Shown here: positions 1 through 8,568 of the stretch, one piece after another | Layout: each line of letters opens with the position of its first letter | How positions within the stretch are numbered: position 1 is the first letter of the stretch | Source: Alphaproteobacteria bacterium | GTDB taxonomy: Bacteria > Pseudomonadota > Alphaproteobacteria > UBA9219 | Reading direction: 5' to 3' | Assembly: GCA_028866275.1 (NCBI GenBank) | Contig: JAGWIK010000001.1 | Span: 63,524-127,523, forward strand | Length of the DNA stretch: 64,000 nt | Made by a program: the position numbers and the translations under genes | Notes under the pieces: model-generated | The model's input: only the letters and a program-made list of their open reading frames with translations | Database searches by the model: none | What the model was told of the DNA's origin: nothing

Positions 1-2
1 TG

Positions 3-278
3 TATGAATCCTATGCCGCCGCGCGGCTGGCCGAAAGCGACCGCGTTATGGTGGCGGCTTCGGCGGCGCAGATGGAAGCTTTGTGGGCCAATAAACTTAA
101 CACCTACGGGGCCGACAGTCTGGTCGCGCCCGCCAGCATCGCGGCCCTTCTGGGGTTCATCGTCGAACAAGGCGGCGCCGATATCGCCGGTATTTTTACG
201 CAATTTCCCGCGCTCGACCGGCCCGCTTTGTGGCGCACGCTGGGGTGGCTGCTGAAACTGGGGATTATCGCCAAATAA
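3..278 (+). CDS. Partial CDS (C-terminus only), possibly a glycosyltransferase family 4-like protein
   Basis: The frame is open from the window start to TAA at 276-278. The ending LWRTLGWLLKLGII resembles the C-termini of Rhodospirillales GT4 proteins (recollection only). Confidence 0.4.
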   Translation, partial: YESYAAARLAESDRVMVAASAAQMEALWANKLNTYGADSLVAPASIAALLGFIVEQGGADIAGIFTQFPALDRPALWRTLGWLLKLGIIAK

Positions 279-349
279 ATATCTGGCGCGTTACCCTTGA
301 AAGGGTAAAATAACCCGCCATATCAAGATAAACATCAGGAGATACCGCC

Positions 350-676
350 ATGGGCGCAGCCACAAAACCCGTCACCGACGCAACCTTTGAAGCCGAAGTC
401 CTGCAATCGGCCCAGCCCGTGCTGGTCGATTTCTGGGCCGAATGGTGCGGCCCGTGCAAAATGGTCGGGCCGGTTCTGGAAGAACTGGCCGGCGAGATGC
501 AAGGTCAGGTGGTCATCGCCAAGATGGACGTCGACAACAACCCGATGACGCCCAGCAAATACGGCATCCGCAGCATCCCGACCCTGATGATGTTCAAGGG
601 TGGCAATCTTGTCGCCACCAAGGTCGGCGCGTTGCCCAAAACCGCGCTGCAGGCCTGGATTAAAGAACACGCCTGA
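350..676 (+). CDS. trxA: Thioredoxin
   Basis: VLVDFWAEWCGPCK active site, IPTL cis-Pro motif, AGGAG RBS. Confidence 0.97.
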   Translation: MGAATKPVTDATFEAEVLQSAQPVLVDFWAEWCGPCKMVGPVLEELAGEMQGQVVIAKMDVDNNPMTPSKYGIRSIPTLMMFKGGNLVATKVGALPKTALQAWIKEHA

Positions 677-690
677 TCGGCGCGCTGGCT

Positions 691-1275
691 TTGTCCGCTT
701 TCCTCGACCTCGCCCAGATCATCCTGATCGACCTCTCGCTGGCGGCCGATAACGCCCTGGTGGTCGGCGCGGCGGTGGCTTCGCTGCCGCGCGGGCAGCG
801 TCACCGCGCGCTGATGGCGGGTATCGGTGTCGCGACCGTGCTGCGCATCCTGATGGCATTTTTTGCCGTGCAATTGCTGCACATCACGGGGTTGATGCTG
901 GCGGGCGGCATTTTGCTGGCATGGGTGGCGTGGAAAATGGCGCGCGAATTCCATCACGCGCATCGCCGGCATCAAAATTCCGAACATTCCGCGCCGCCGC
1001 ACCGAACGATGGCCGCGGTTCGGCAGATCATCGTCGCCGATGTCTCGATGTCGCTCGACAATGTGCTGGGCGTCGCCGGTGTCGCCCGCGACCATACTGC
1101 CGCGCTTGTTGTTGGGCTTGCATTGTCGGTGCTGCTGATGGGCGCGGCTTCGACCGCTATCGCGCGGCTGTCGGAACGGTTTCCGAAGGTCATGCTGGTC
1201 GGCGTGGCCATCGTCCTGTATACCGCCCTGCGCATGATATATGACGGCGCGCATCAAATCGGCCTTTTTGCCTGA
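691..1275 (+). CDS. TerC/YjbE family integral membrane protein
   Basis: DLSLAADNALVV and ADVSMSLDNVLGVAG motifs; several hydrophobic helices. Confidence 0.9.
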   Translation: MSAFLDLAQIILIDLSLAADNALVVGAAVASLPRGQRHRALMAGIGVATVLRILMAFFAVQLLHITGLMLAGGILLAWVAWKMAREFHHAHRRHQNSEHSAPPHRTMAAVRQIIVADVSMSLDNVLGVAGVARDHTAALVVGLALSVLLMGAASTAIARLSERFPKVMLVGVAIVLYTALRMIYDGAHQIGLFA

Positions 1276-1284
1276 TCCGGTTCT

Positions 1285-1953
1285 TTATCTGACGCCGTTC
1301 AGAAACAAATCGACGGTATTTGTGATCCACGCCGCTATCTCATCCTTGGTCATCGGCACCCCCAACCCATAGGCGCGGCGTTGGGGCGCCGTGATCAGCA
1401 TCAGCAAAAACTGCTCCGCGGCGAAAACGGGGTCTATCCGCGCGTCGGCATGACAGTGCCGCAGCGCGTCGGCAATGCGGCTGATGGCCTCTGCGCGCAT
1501 GCCTTGTTCGGTTACGATCATGGCCAGTTCGGGAAAGCGCGACGCTTCGGCGATAATGATGCGGTTTAATGCCAAAGCTTCGGGCGACAAGGCGCCGTGC
1601 AAAATAACCTGCGCGACGCGGCGCAAAACGGCGTCGATATCATCGCCCGCGAACAGATTGCTGACGCCATCCATGTCGGCCGGCCTGACATGCGCAACGA
1701 TCCGGCGCACCACGGCGCGAAAAATATCCGGCTTGCCGTCGAAACGCGCGTAGAAAGTCCGCTTGGAAACCCGCGCGCGCCGCGCGATTTCCTCGATGCT
1801 CGTCGCGCCATAACCTTCATGAAAAAACAGGAAAGCGGCGGCGTCCAGGATTTTATCCCCGATCTTGCCCGCCTGTTCGCGCGACGGACGCCCGCCGCGG
1901 CGCGGCGCGGCGGGCGCATCGGGAATCTTTGTGTCGGAAATTCTTGCTGTCAT
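1285..1953 (-). CDS. TetR/AcrR family transcriptional regulator
   Basis: N-terminal HTH GYGATSIEEIARRARVSKRTFYARF; EASRFPEL in the C-terminal domain. Confidence 0.93.
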   Translation of the reverse strand: MTARISDTKIPDAPAAPRRGGRPSREQAGKIGDKILDAAAFLFFHEGYGATSIEEIARRARVSKRTFYARFDGKPDIFRAVVRRIVAHVRPADMDGVSNLFAGDDIDAVLRRVAQVILHGALSPEALALNRIIIAEASRFPELAMIVTEQGMRAEAISRIADALRHCHADARIDPVFAAEQFLLMLITAPQRRAYGLGVPMTKDEIAAWITNTVDLFLNGVR

Positions 1954-2357
1954 CGTGAATAGGCATAATAACCCGAATAACCATAGGCGGGCGGATAGTT
2001 ATAAACCACAACACGCGGCTGCGCGTAAACAGGTTGCGCATAAACCGGTGCGGCATAAACAACGCGTGCAGGGGGCGGTTCGCCGATATCGCCTATGGTC
2101 GCCGCCATGCCTAAAGCCGCGGCACTGGCCGCCGCAACGCCGAACAACAACCCGCCGCCATGCCAGCGGCCACCATCATCGTCGCCGTGGAAATAGTTTG
2201 CGTGCCCCCATCCGCCACGATCCCATCCGCCGTGGCCCCAGCCGCCATGCCCCCAGCCCCCATGACCCCATCCATCGGCTTTGGCGGGCGACAACGGCGT
2301 GACAGCCAGCGCCGCCACCATCGCGGCAACAGCCGCAAATTTCATCTTGTTCTTCAT
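1950..2357 (-). CDS. Secreted Gly/Trp/His-rich repeat protein (hypothetical)
   Basis: GGAGG RBS before ATG at 2357; signal peptide ending PAKA; GGWGH-type repeats and VYAQP repeats; ATGA overlap with the tetR gene. Confidence 0.8.
   Translation of the reverse strand: MKNKMKFAAVAAMVAALAVTPLSPAKADGWGHGGWGHGGWGHGGWDRGGWGHANYFHGDDDGGRWHGGGLLFGVAAASAAALGMAATIGDIGEPPPARVVYAAPVYAQPVYAQPRVVVYNYPPAYGYSGYYAYSR
2202..2275 (-). repeat. About five imperfect 15-bp tandem coding repeats (GGWGH units)
   Basis: Translation GWGHGGWGHGGWGHGGWDRGGWGH. Confidence 0.85.
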
Positions 2358-2431
2358 ATCGGCCTCCATTGTTGGAAGACGCCCCTTCGCGTGGGGCTTG
2401 AGAAAAGAGACCAGATCTCTAAACTCAACGC

Positions 2432-2443
2432 AACGGTACCGTT
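2432..2443. promoter_or_regulatory. Perfect palindrome AACGGTACCGTT, candidate TetR operator
   Basis: 12-bp palindrome just downstream of a minus-strand CATAAT -10-like hexamer (2446-2451), upstream of the repeat protein-tetR unit. Confidence 0.55.
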
Positions 2444-2536
2444 CCATTATGGCGCGATTGTGACGGAAATGCGCAAAGATTGAGAAACAAATAAGCGTAT
2501 ATTTATCAATATGTTGGTCTGGTTTCGGCCCCGATT

Positions 2537-3040
2537 TTACCCGCGCCCGCGCTTAACCTGCACGACTTTGCCCCCGACGCGCACCGGCCGTTCGGCAAAA
2601 CCGCCCAGACTGACCATGCGATCGTAAATCACCAACGCGCCCGCAATGCCGACATTGACGCAGAATTTGGTCGGGATCTTCACGACATGATCGCACCGCG
2701 CCACCATCTGCGGCGACAGGCTGCCTTTTTCCGGGCCCAGAATATAGGCCGCGCGCAACGGGTGGCGGAAACTGGGCAGGTCGACGGCGTCGTCGATCAA
2801 TTCAACCCCGACCAACGAACAATCCTTGGGCAGCGTGAATTCATCGGCATTTTTATAGGCATAAAAAGGCAAATGAATATCGGCATGCGACGTGTCGGTC
2901 GATTTAATTTCGGCATAATTGGCGGTGGCGTTGACGGTAAAGAAAAAACTCGCGCCGAATGCGTGCGACGTGCGCACCAGATTGCCCAGATTAAACCCTT
3001 TATTGATGCCCTCGGCCCCGACGGCGAAATATCCGCGCAT
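2537..3040 (-). CDS. SpoU/TrmH family RNA methyltransferase
   Basis: NLGNLVRT, LGPEKGSL and IPTKFCVNVGIAGA SPOUT motifs; GGAG RBS before ATG at 3040. Confidence 0.9.
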   Translation of the reverse strand: MRGYFAVGAEGINKGFNLGNLVRTSHAFGASFFFTVNATANYAEIKSTDTSHADIHLPFYAYKNADEFTLPKDCSLVGVELIDDAVDLPSFRHPLRAAYILGPEKGSLSPQMVARCDHVVKIPTKFCVNVGIAGALVIYDRMVSLGGFAERPVRVGGKVVQVKRGRG

Positions 3041-3052
3041 TTCACTTCTCCA

Positions 3053-3086
3053 TAACAAAAGGGGCGCGGGAAAACCGCGCCCCTTT
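3053..3086 (-). terminator. Rho-independent terminator downstream of amtB
   Basis: Stem AAAGGGGCGCGG / CCGCGCCCCTTT; on the minus strand the GC stem is followed by TTTTGTT. Confidence 0.8.
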
Positions 3087-3106
3087 CTGTTTCTAGGCCA
3101 ACCGCT

Positions 3107-4453
3107 TTATCGCTGCAAGGCTTCGCCGTGCAACGCAACGTCCAGCCCTTGCCGTTCGACGTCTTCGGGCACGCGCAAACCCATCGTGCGATGAACGACG
3201 AACAGAATGGCCAACGTGCCCACGGCGCACCACGCCATCGTCCAGCCGATACCTTCAAGCTGAACCAATATCTGTCCCGGATTTCCGTCAATCGCGCCCG
3301 CTTGCGACGCTACGCCGCTGATCGCGGCGCGGGCGAACACGCCGGTCAGAATGGCGCCGACAATCCCGCCGACGCCGTGGATGGCAAAGCAATCGAGGCT
3401 ATCATCGAGAAGATGGAATTTTTCCTTGAAAAACGCCGCCGACAGAAAACACACCGGCCCGCCGATCGCGCCGATAATCAACGCCCCGGTGGCGTCGACA
3501 AAACCCGACGCTGGCGTAATGACGACCAGCCCCGAAATCGCGCCGGTAATCATGCCCAGCACGCTTGGCTTGCCCTTGATCTTCCATTCGACCGCCATCC
3601 ATGTCAGCGCCGCTATGGCGGCGGCGATCATCGTCACGGTCATCGCCATCGCGGCGCGGCCATTGGCGGCCAACGCCGAACCGGCATTGAACCCGAACCA
3701 GCCCACCCACAACAAGGACGCGCCGACGACGCTATAGGCCGGATTATGCGGCGCGAAATTTTCTTCGACATGCAGCCGCTTGCCGATGAACAAAGCGGCG
3801 ATCAACCCCGCGACCCCGGCATTGATATGCACGACCGTGCCGCCGGCGAAGTCCAGGATGCCGTCATTGGCCAGAAAACCGTTGGGGTGCCACACCCAAT
3901 GGGCGATGGGGGCGTAAACGATGATTGACCACAACCCCATGAACACCAGCATCGACGAAAATTTGATGCGGTCGCAAAACGCGCCTGCGATCAGCGCAGG
4001 CGTGATAATGGCGAATGTCATCTGAAACATCATATACAACGCTTCGGGAATGGTGGTCGGCGTCGCGCCCGCCGTGCCCGCGCCCAATGTGAAGGCGTCG
4101 TTGAATCCCATGTTGGACAGGAAGGCGCGGCTGAAATCCCCGATATAGGCGTTGCCGTTGGTGAAGGCCAAACTGTATCCGACGACGACCCACAACACCG
4201 CGACCAGACAGGCGGTGGCAAAGCTCTGCATCACGGTGGCCAGAACATTATGTTTGCGCACCATGCCGCCGTAAAAAACCGCCAGCCCCGGAATGGTCAT
4301 CAGCAATACCAGCGCGGTCGATGTCAGCATCCACGCCGTGTCGCCCGCGTTAATAGGCGCGGCGGCTGCGGTATCGGCAAAGGCATGGCCTTGCGTCATC
4401 ATCAGGCCGGACAGAACGCCCAGCAAAAAACGGGGCAAAAAGCGGGAAATCAT
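3107..4453 (-). CDS. amtB: Ammonium transporter
   Basis: GDTAWML, FYGGMVR, DFAGGTVVHINAG, WFGFNAGS and IHGVGG motifs; start at 4453 chosen from a GGAG RBS and a signal peptide. Confidence 0.96.
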   Translation of the reverse strand: MISRFLPRFLLGVLSGLMMTQGHAFADTAAAAPINAGDTAWMLTSTALVLLMTIPGLAVFYGGMVRKHNVLATVMQSFATACLVAVLWVVVGYSLAFTNGNAYIGDFSRAFLSNMGFNDAFTLGAGTAGATPTTIPEALYMMFQMTFAIITPALIAGAFCDRIKFSSMLVFMGLWSIIVYAPIAHWVWHPNGFLANDGILDFAGGTVVHINAGVAGLIAALFIGKRLHVEENFAPHNPAYSVVGASLLWVGWFGFNAGSALAANGRAAMAMTVTMIAAAIAALTWMAVEWKIKGKPSVLGMITGAISGLVVITPASGFVDATGALIIGAIGGPVCFLSAAFFKEKFHLLDDSLDCFAIHGVGGIVGAILTGVFARAAISGVASQAGAIDGNPGQILVQLEGIGWTMAWCAVGTLAILFVVHRTMGLRVPEDVERQGLDVALHGEALQR

Positions 4454-4545
4454 CGGGCGTCTCCATGAAAATAAGGGGGGCGGACGTCGTGCGAACAATC
4501 CATAATTGCTACATGGCCGCGTCGAATCGTCAAGAACAAAGACGC

Positions 4546-5184
4546 TTAGGTTATGTGCGCCAGCACGGCCGGCGGCGCGTTCCATTGGCGGATATGCCAT
4601 CCGTCATCGCCGTGTTCCATCACGCAGACATGGCCCGTCGCGACCTTGCGGTCGGGGAATGCGGCGGCATTGACGGCCTGCGCGGCAAAAAAACGCAATA
4701 TGCCGTTGCTGGAAATGGCCATTGCGGTTTGCGCGCCGGACAGGCGCGTGGCCTCGCCCAAAATGGCCGCCGCATTGGCGCGTAATTGCGCTTCGTCGGG
4801 CGACCAACCGGGGGAGGGTGGGAAAATGCCGTTTTTGTTCCAGCCCGCCAATTCGGCGTCGCCGCCTGTCGCGATAATTTCGTCAGTCGATTTGCCTTCC
4901 CACGCGCCGTAATCAATCTCGCGCAACCGGTCGTCGATGCGCAAAGCCGCCGCATCGAAACCGGTGATCGCCATGATGATCGCCGCCGTTTCCCGCGTGC
5001 GCCGCAACGGGCCGCAGGACAAAACCGACGGAACAAGGCCCGCCTGACGCAGCGCCTCGCCGATCGCGCGCGCCTGCGCCACACCCTTGTCAACCAACGG
5101 CAAATCCGTGCGCGCGCCGACCCAGACGGGTTTATCTTCGGGCGCGAACGTGTTGCCGTGGCGGGCCAGAATCAGACGCGTCAT
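4546..5184 (-). CDS. Histidine phosphatase (phosphoglycerate mutase-like) family protein
   Basis: LARHGNT catalytic motif, LREIDYGAWEG; ATGA overlap with kdsB. Confidence 0.9.
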   Translation of the reverse strand: MTRLILARHGNTFAPEDKPVWVGARTDLPLVDKGVAQARAIGEALRQAGLVPSVLSCGPLRRTRETAAIIMAITGFDAAALRIDDRLREIDYGAWEGKSTDEIIATGGDAELAGWNKNGIFPPSPGWSPDEAQLRANAAAILGEATRLSGAQTAMAISSNGILRFFAAQAVNAAAFPDRKVATGHVCVMEHGDDGWHIRQWNAPPAVLAHIT

Positions 5185-5972
5185 ACCAACTCGCCTTCGC
5201 GCGCGATGATGGATTCGATAATGGGCACATCTTCGGGCGCGTCGACCGACCCGTGGGTGCGGCCCCTGTAATCGACAATGGCGATGCGGATTTTCATGCC
5301 ATGTTCCAGCGCGCGCAATTGCTCCAGCCCTTCCGCCGTTTCCAGCGGTGTCGGCGTCAGCGTGACATAGCGATCCAGCCCGCGCCGGCGATAGCCATAT
5401 AACCCGATATGGCGATATATCGCCGCCGCATCGGGGTTGCGCAAAAAGGGAATGACGGATTTAGAAAAATACAGGGCGTTATGCTGTGTGTCGAAAACGA
5501 CCGTGCACCCGCTGGCGGGCGACACGGCTTTGTGCGCGCGAAACGCATCCAATGCCGCGCCGTCCAGCCGCACCGCGGGCGTCACGATATCGGCATCGGG
5601 CGCGGCCCGCATGGCGTCCAGCATCGCCTCCAAAACCCATGGCGGCGTCAGCAGGGCGTCGCCCTGCAAATTCAAAACAATGTCTTCGGCAATGCCGGCG
5701 GCACGGACGGCGGCCTGTACGCGTTCGGTGCCGTTGGCGCAGGCGGCGGGCGTCATGACGCTTTCCGCGCCGAACGACGCGGCATGGGCGGCGATACGCG
5801 CATCGTCGGTGGCGATGACGACGCGGGAACAGCCGCGCACCGCGCGGGCAATGCGCCACACCCGTTCCAGCATCGACCGGCCGGCGATATTATGCAACGG
5901 CTTTCCGGGAAAGCGCGTCGAGGCGTAACGCGCGGGAATAACAATGGCGGCGGCGGAAGAGTCCGGTGTCAT
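5181..5972 (-). CDS. kdsB: 3-deoxy-manno-octulosonate cytidylyltransferase
   Basis: IPARYASTRFPGKPL, NGTER, NLQGD, ALYFSK, HIGLYGYR and EGLEQLRALEHG motifs. Confidence 0.95.
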   Translation of the reverse strand: MTPDSSAAAIVIPARYASTRFPGKPLHNIAGRSMLERVWRIARAVRGCSRVVIATDDARIAAHAASFGAESVMTPAACANGTERVQAAVRAAGIAEDIVLNLQGDALLTPPWVLEAMLDAMRAAPDADIVTPAVRLDGAALDAFRAHKAVSPASGCTVVFDTQHNALYFSKSVIPFLRNPDAAAIYRHIGLYGYRRRGLDRYVTLTPTPLETAEGLEQLRALEHGMKIRIAIVDYRGRTHGSVDAPEDVPIIESIIAREGELV

Positions 5973-6316
5973 GACCCCATCCGCGATCCCGACGCCTGAT
6001 CGTAAATATCCTGAATAATGACGCGCTGTTTAACGCGGAACGCCATGCGGTCCTGCACCGGTTTCGGCAGATCGGACATCTTGAACAAATTCTTTTTCAG
6101 CAAAACCATAATGATGTCTTCGACTGCGCGCGCCATTTCATTGTCGGTGCGGCGCAATTCGCCCAGCGCGATTTCGACCTGTAACGGGTCTTGCCCGCGC
6201 TTTTTCAGGAACTCGACGACTTCGGGGTGATTGTGCGGCAGCAGATCGCCGCCGACCAGCGTGCGGGCGCTGGCCTTGTTGATTTTGCCGCTCTCATCGC
6301 GCATGACATAGGGCAT
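5969..6316 (-). CDS. Small conserved-looking hypothetical protein
   Basis: AAGGA RBS before MPYVMRDESGKI; helical C-terminal half (DNEMARAVEDII); ATGA overlap with kdsB. Confidence 0.75.
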   Translation of the reverse strand: MPYVMRDESGKINKASARTLVGGDLLPHNHPEVVEFLKKRGQDPLQVEIALGELRRTDNEMARAVEDIIMVLLKKNLFKMSDLPKPVQDRMAFRVKQRVIIQDIYDQASGSRMGS

Positions 6317-6459
6317 GGAAAATCCTTTTCTGAACGACGAATCATTACCATATCGCCTTTGCGCGCGGGAGTGATTATTTGGGGGTAGATTCGCAACGCC
6401 ATCTGGTTTAAAAATCGCGCCCTGTCTCGATTTCGGGAATTGCATATAAGGAAATACCC

Positions 6460-6723
6460 ATGTCCAATGACGAAACCAGTAATACCGGCGGCATTTCAGG
6501 GGAAAGACTGCGCTCGTTTATCCAGCGCATCGAAAAACTGGAAGAAGATAAAGCGGCCGTCGGCGAAGACCTGAAGGAAGTCTATGCCGAAGCCAAAGGC
6601 GTCGGATTCGACACCAAAATTATCCGCCAGATCGTGCGCCTGCGTAAAATCGAAGTCGAAAAACGCCGCGAAACCGACGAATTGCTGGATCTGTACAAAG
6701 CGGCGATAGGTATGGAAGACTAA
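6460..6723 (+). CDS. gapR: DUF2312 nucleoid-associated protein GapR
   Basis: LRSFIQRIEKLEEDK...EVYAEAKGVGFDTKIIRQIVRLRK signature. Confidence 0.92.
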   Translation: MSNDETSNTGGISGERLRSFIQRIEKLEEDKAAVGEDLKEVYAEAKGVGFDTKIIRQIVRLRKIEVEKRRETDELLDLYKAAIGMED

Positions 6724-6729
6724 GAAGGC

Positions 6730-7536
6730 ATGACCTTCTTTCTTTCCAAATTTCTTTGGATATTTGTCGAACCCGGCAGCCTGTGCGCGATCCTGCTGGC
6801 CGTCGGGCTGGTGTTGGCGGCGTCATCGCATCCGGCGCGGCGCGCGTGGGGCCGGCGGCTGGCGGTGGGGGTTGCGTGTTTTTACCTTGCCGTCGCCATT
6901 CTGCCGGTGGGCGAATGGGCCTTGGTTCCTTTGGAAAACCGTTTTGCCGCGCAGGTTCTGCCCGGCCATGTCGCGGGCGTGATCGTCATCGGCGGCGATG
7001 AAAAGCCGAAAATCGCGGCGGCGCGTAACACGCCCTTTGTCGCGCTCGATTCCATGCGCCGCTACGCCGAATTCGCGCTTCTGGCGCGGCGTTATCCCGA
7101 TGCCCGGCTGGTTTTTTCCGGCGGATCGCCCGAATTGCGGCCCGGCGCCAAAATCGTGGATGCCGATGTTGCGCGCGCCAATCTTGCCGCCATGGGCGTG
7201 CCAGTCGGCCGGATGGTTTTCGAAGAAAAATCGCGCAATACCTTTGAAAACGCGCAATTCACCGCCGCTATCGTGCATCCGGAACCGGGACAGGTCTGGA
7301 TTCTGGTCACCAGCGCGTGGCACATGCCGCGCGCCATCGGTTGTTTCCGCCGCGCCGGGTTTGACATTGTCGCCGCGCCGACGGGTTATTTCACCGACGG
7401 GCATTTTGATCGCAGCCCGGCCTTCCGTTTTGACGAACAAATGCATATGCTGACGATGGCGATGCACGAATATATCGGGCTTGCCGCTTATCGGCTGATG
7501 GGAAGGATCGACGCGCTATGGCCCGGAACGACGTGA
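6730..7536 (+). CDS. YdcF/DUF218 (ElyC-like) membrane protein
   Basis: PLENRF, FSGG, EEKSRNTFENA, LVTSAWHMPRA and HEYIGL motifs. Confidence 0.9.
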   Translation: MTFFLSKFLWIFVEPGSLCAILLAVGLVLAASSHPARRAWGRRLAVGVACFYLAVAILPVGEWALVPLENRFAAQVLPGHVAGVIVIGGDEKPKIAAARNTPFVALDSMRRYAEFALLARRYPDARLVFSGGSPELRPGAKIVDADVARANLAAMGVPVGRMVFEEKSRNTFENAQFTAAIVHPEPGQVWILVTSAWHMPRAIGCFRRAGFDIVAAPTGYFTDGHFDRSPAFRFDEQMHMLTMAMHEYIGLAAYRLMGRIDALWPGTT

Positions 7537-8531
7537 AATTCTTGTCGAGATTCTTGCCCGCAGCCGGCTTGCTGCTGCTTGCCGCCTGCGCCACGACGGA
7601 ACCGCAGGAGCTTCCCGCCCTGGCCGCGCCGCCACAAAGCTGGCTGCAAAAAACCGAACAACAGGCCATTGCCGACGGCGTGTCGCCCGCCACGGTGCAT
7701 GCCGCGCTGGACAATTTCAGGCCCGACGAACGCGTCATCGCGCTCGATCAGAAACAACCCGAAGGCACGATCACCTTCGCGGTATACCGGCGCCATATCG
7801 TGACGCCCGCGCGCGTTAAAAAAGGCGCTGCAATCATGCGCCAATATGCCGCCGACTTGCAGGCGATCAGCACGCGCACAGGCGTGCCGCCGCAGATGAT
7901 CGTGGCCTTGTGGGGGCTTGAAAGCAGTTTCGGCGCCAATATGGGCAATTATGAAACCGTCAACGCGCTGGCGACCTTGGCGTGGCAGGGCCGTCGCGCT
8001 ACTTTTTTCCGCAACGAATTATTCGCCGCGCTGCACATCCTCGATCAAAACCATATGGACGCGTCGCAATTGCGCGGGTCGTGGGCCGGCGCGATGGGGC
8101 AATGCCAGTTTATGCCCACCACCTATCTGAAATACGCCGCCGACGGCGACAATGACGGGCGGCGCGATATCTGGGGCGACCCGCAGGATGTCATGGCCTC
8201 GATCGCCAATTACCTTGCCGCCGAAGGCTGGACGCGCGGGCAGGGCTGGGGCCGCGAAGTCACCCCCGGCGATATCGATTTTTCCGAAACCGGCATCGAC
8301 AAGCCGCATATGCTGTCCGAATGGGTCGGCGGCGGCGTGCGCGCCGTTACGGCCCCGCCTTTGCCGCGCGACACCACCCGCGCCGCGCTGTTGGAACCCG
8401 ACGGGGCGGGCGGGCCGGCATTTCTCGCCTACGACAATTTGCACGCATTGTTGCGGTGGAACCGCTCGACCTATTTCGCTGTGTCGGCCGGTCTGCTGGC
8501 CGACGCGATTGCGCAACAGGCGGCGAAGTAA
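7533..8531 (+). CDS. mltB: Lytic murein transglycosylase (MltB family lipoprotein)
   Basis: Lipobox LAAC; WGLESSFG, GSWAGAMGQCQFMPT and WNRS motifs; GTG start overlaps the upstream stop. Confidence 0.92.
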   Translation: MKFLSRFLPAAGLLLLAACATTEPQELPALAAPPQSWLQKTEQQAIADGVSPATVHAALDNFRPDERVIALDQKQPEGTITFAVYRRHIVTPARVKKGAAIMRQYAADLQAISTRTGVPPQMIVALWGLESSFGANMGNYETVNALATLAWQGRRATFFRNELFAALHILDQNHMDASQLRGSWAGAMGQCQFMPTTYLKYAADGDNDGRRDIWGDPQDVMASIANYLAAEGWTRGQGWGREVTPGDIDFSETGIDKPHMLSEWVGGGVRAVTAPPLPRDTTRAALLEPDGAGGPAFLAYDNLHALLRWNRSTYFAVSAGLLADAIAQQAAK

Positions 8532-8568
8532 ACCCTCTTTGCGGCGGGAAGACGGCTAGATGCCGGCT

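Noticed and set aside
950-1005. His-rich loop in the TerC protein
   Set aside because: Short, and such loops are common in this metal-associated family.
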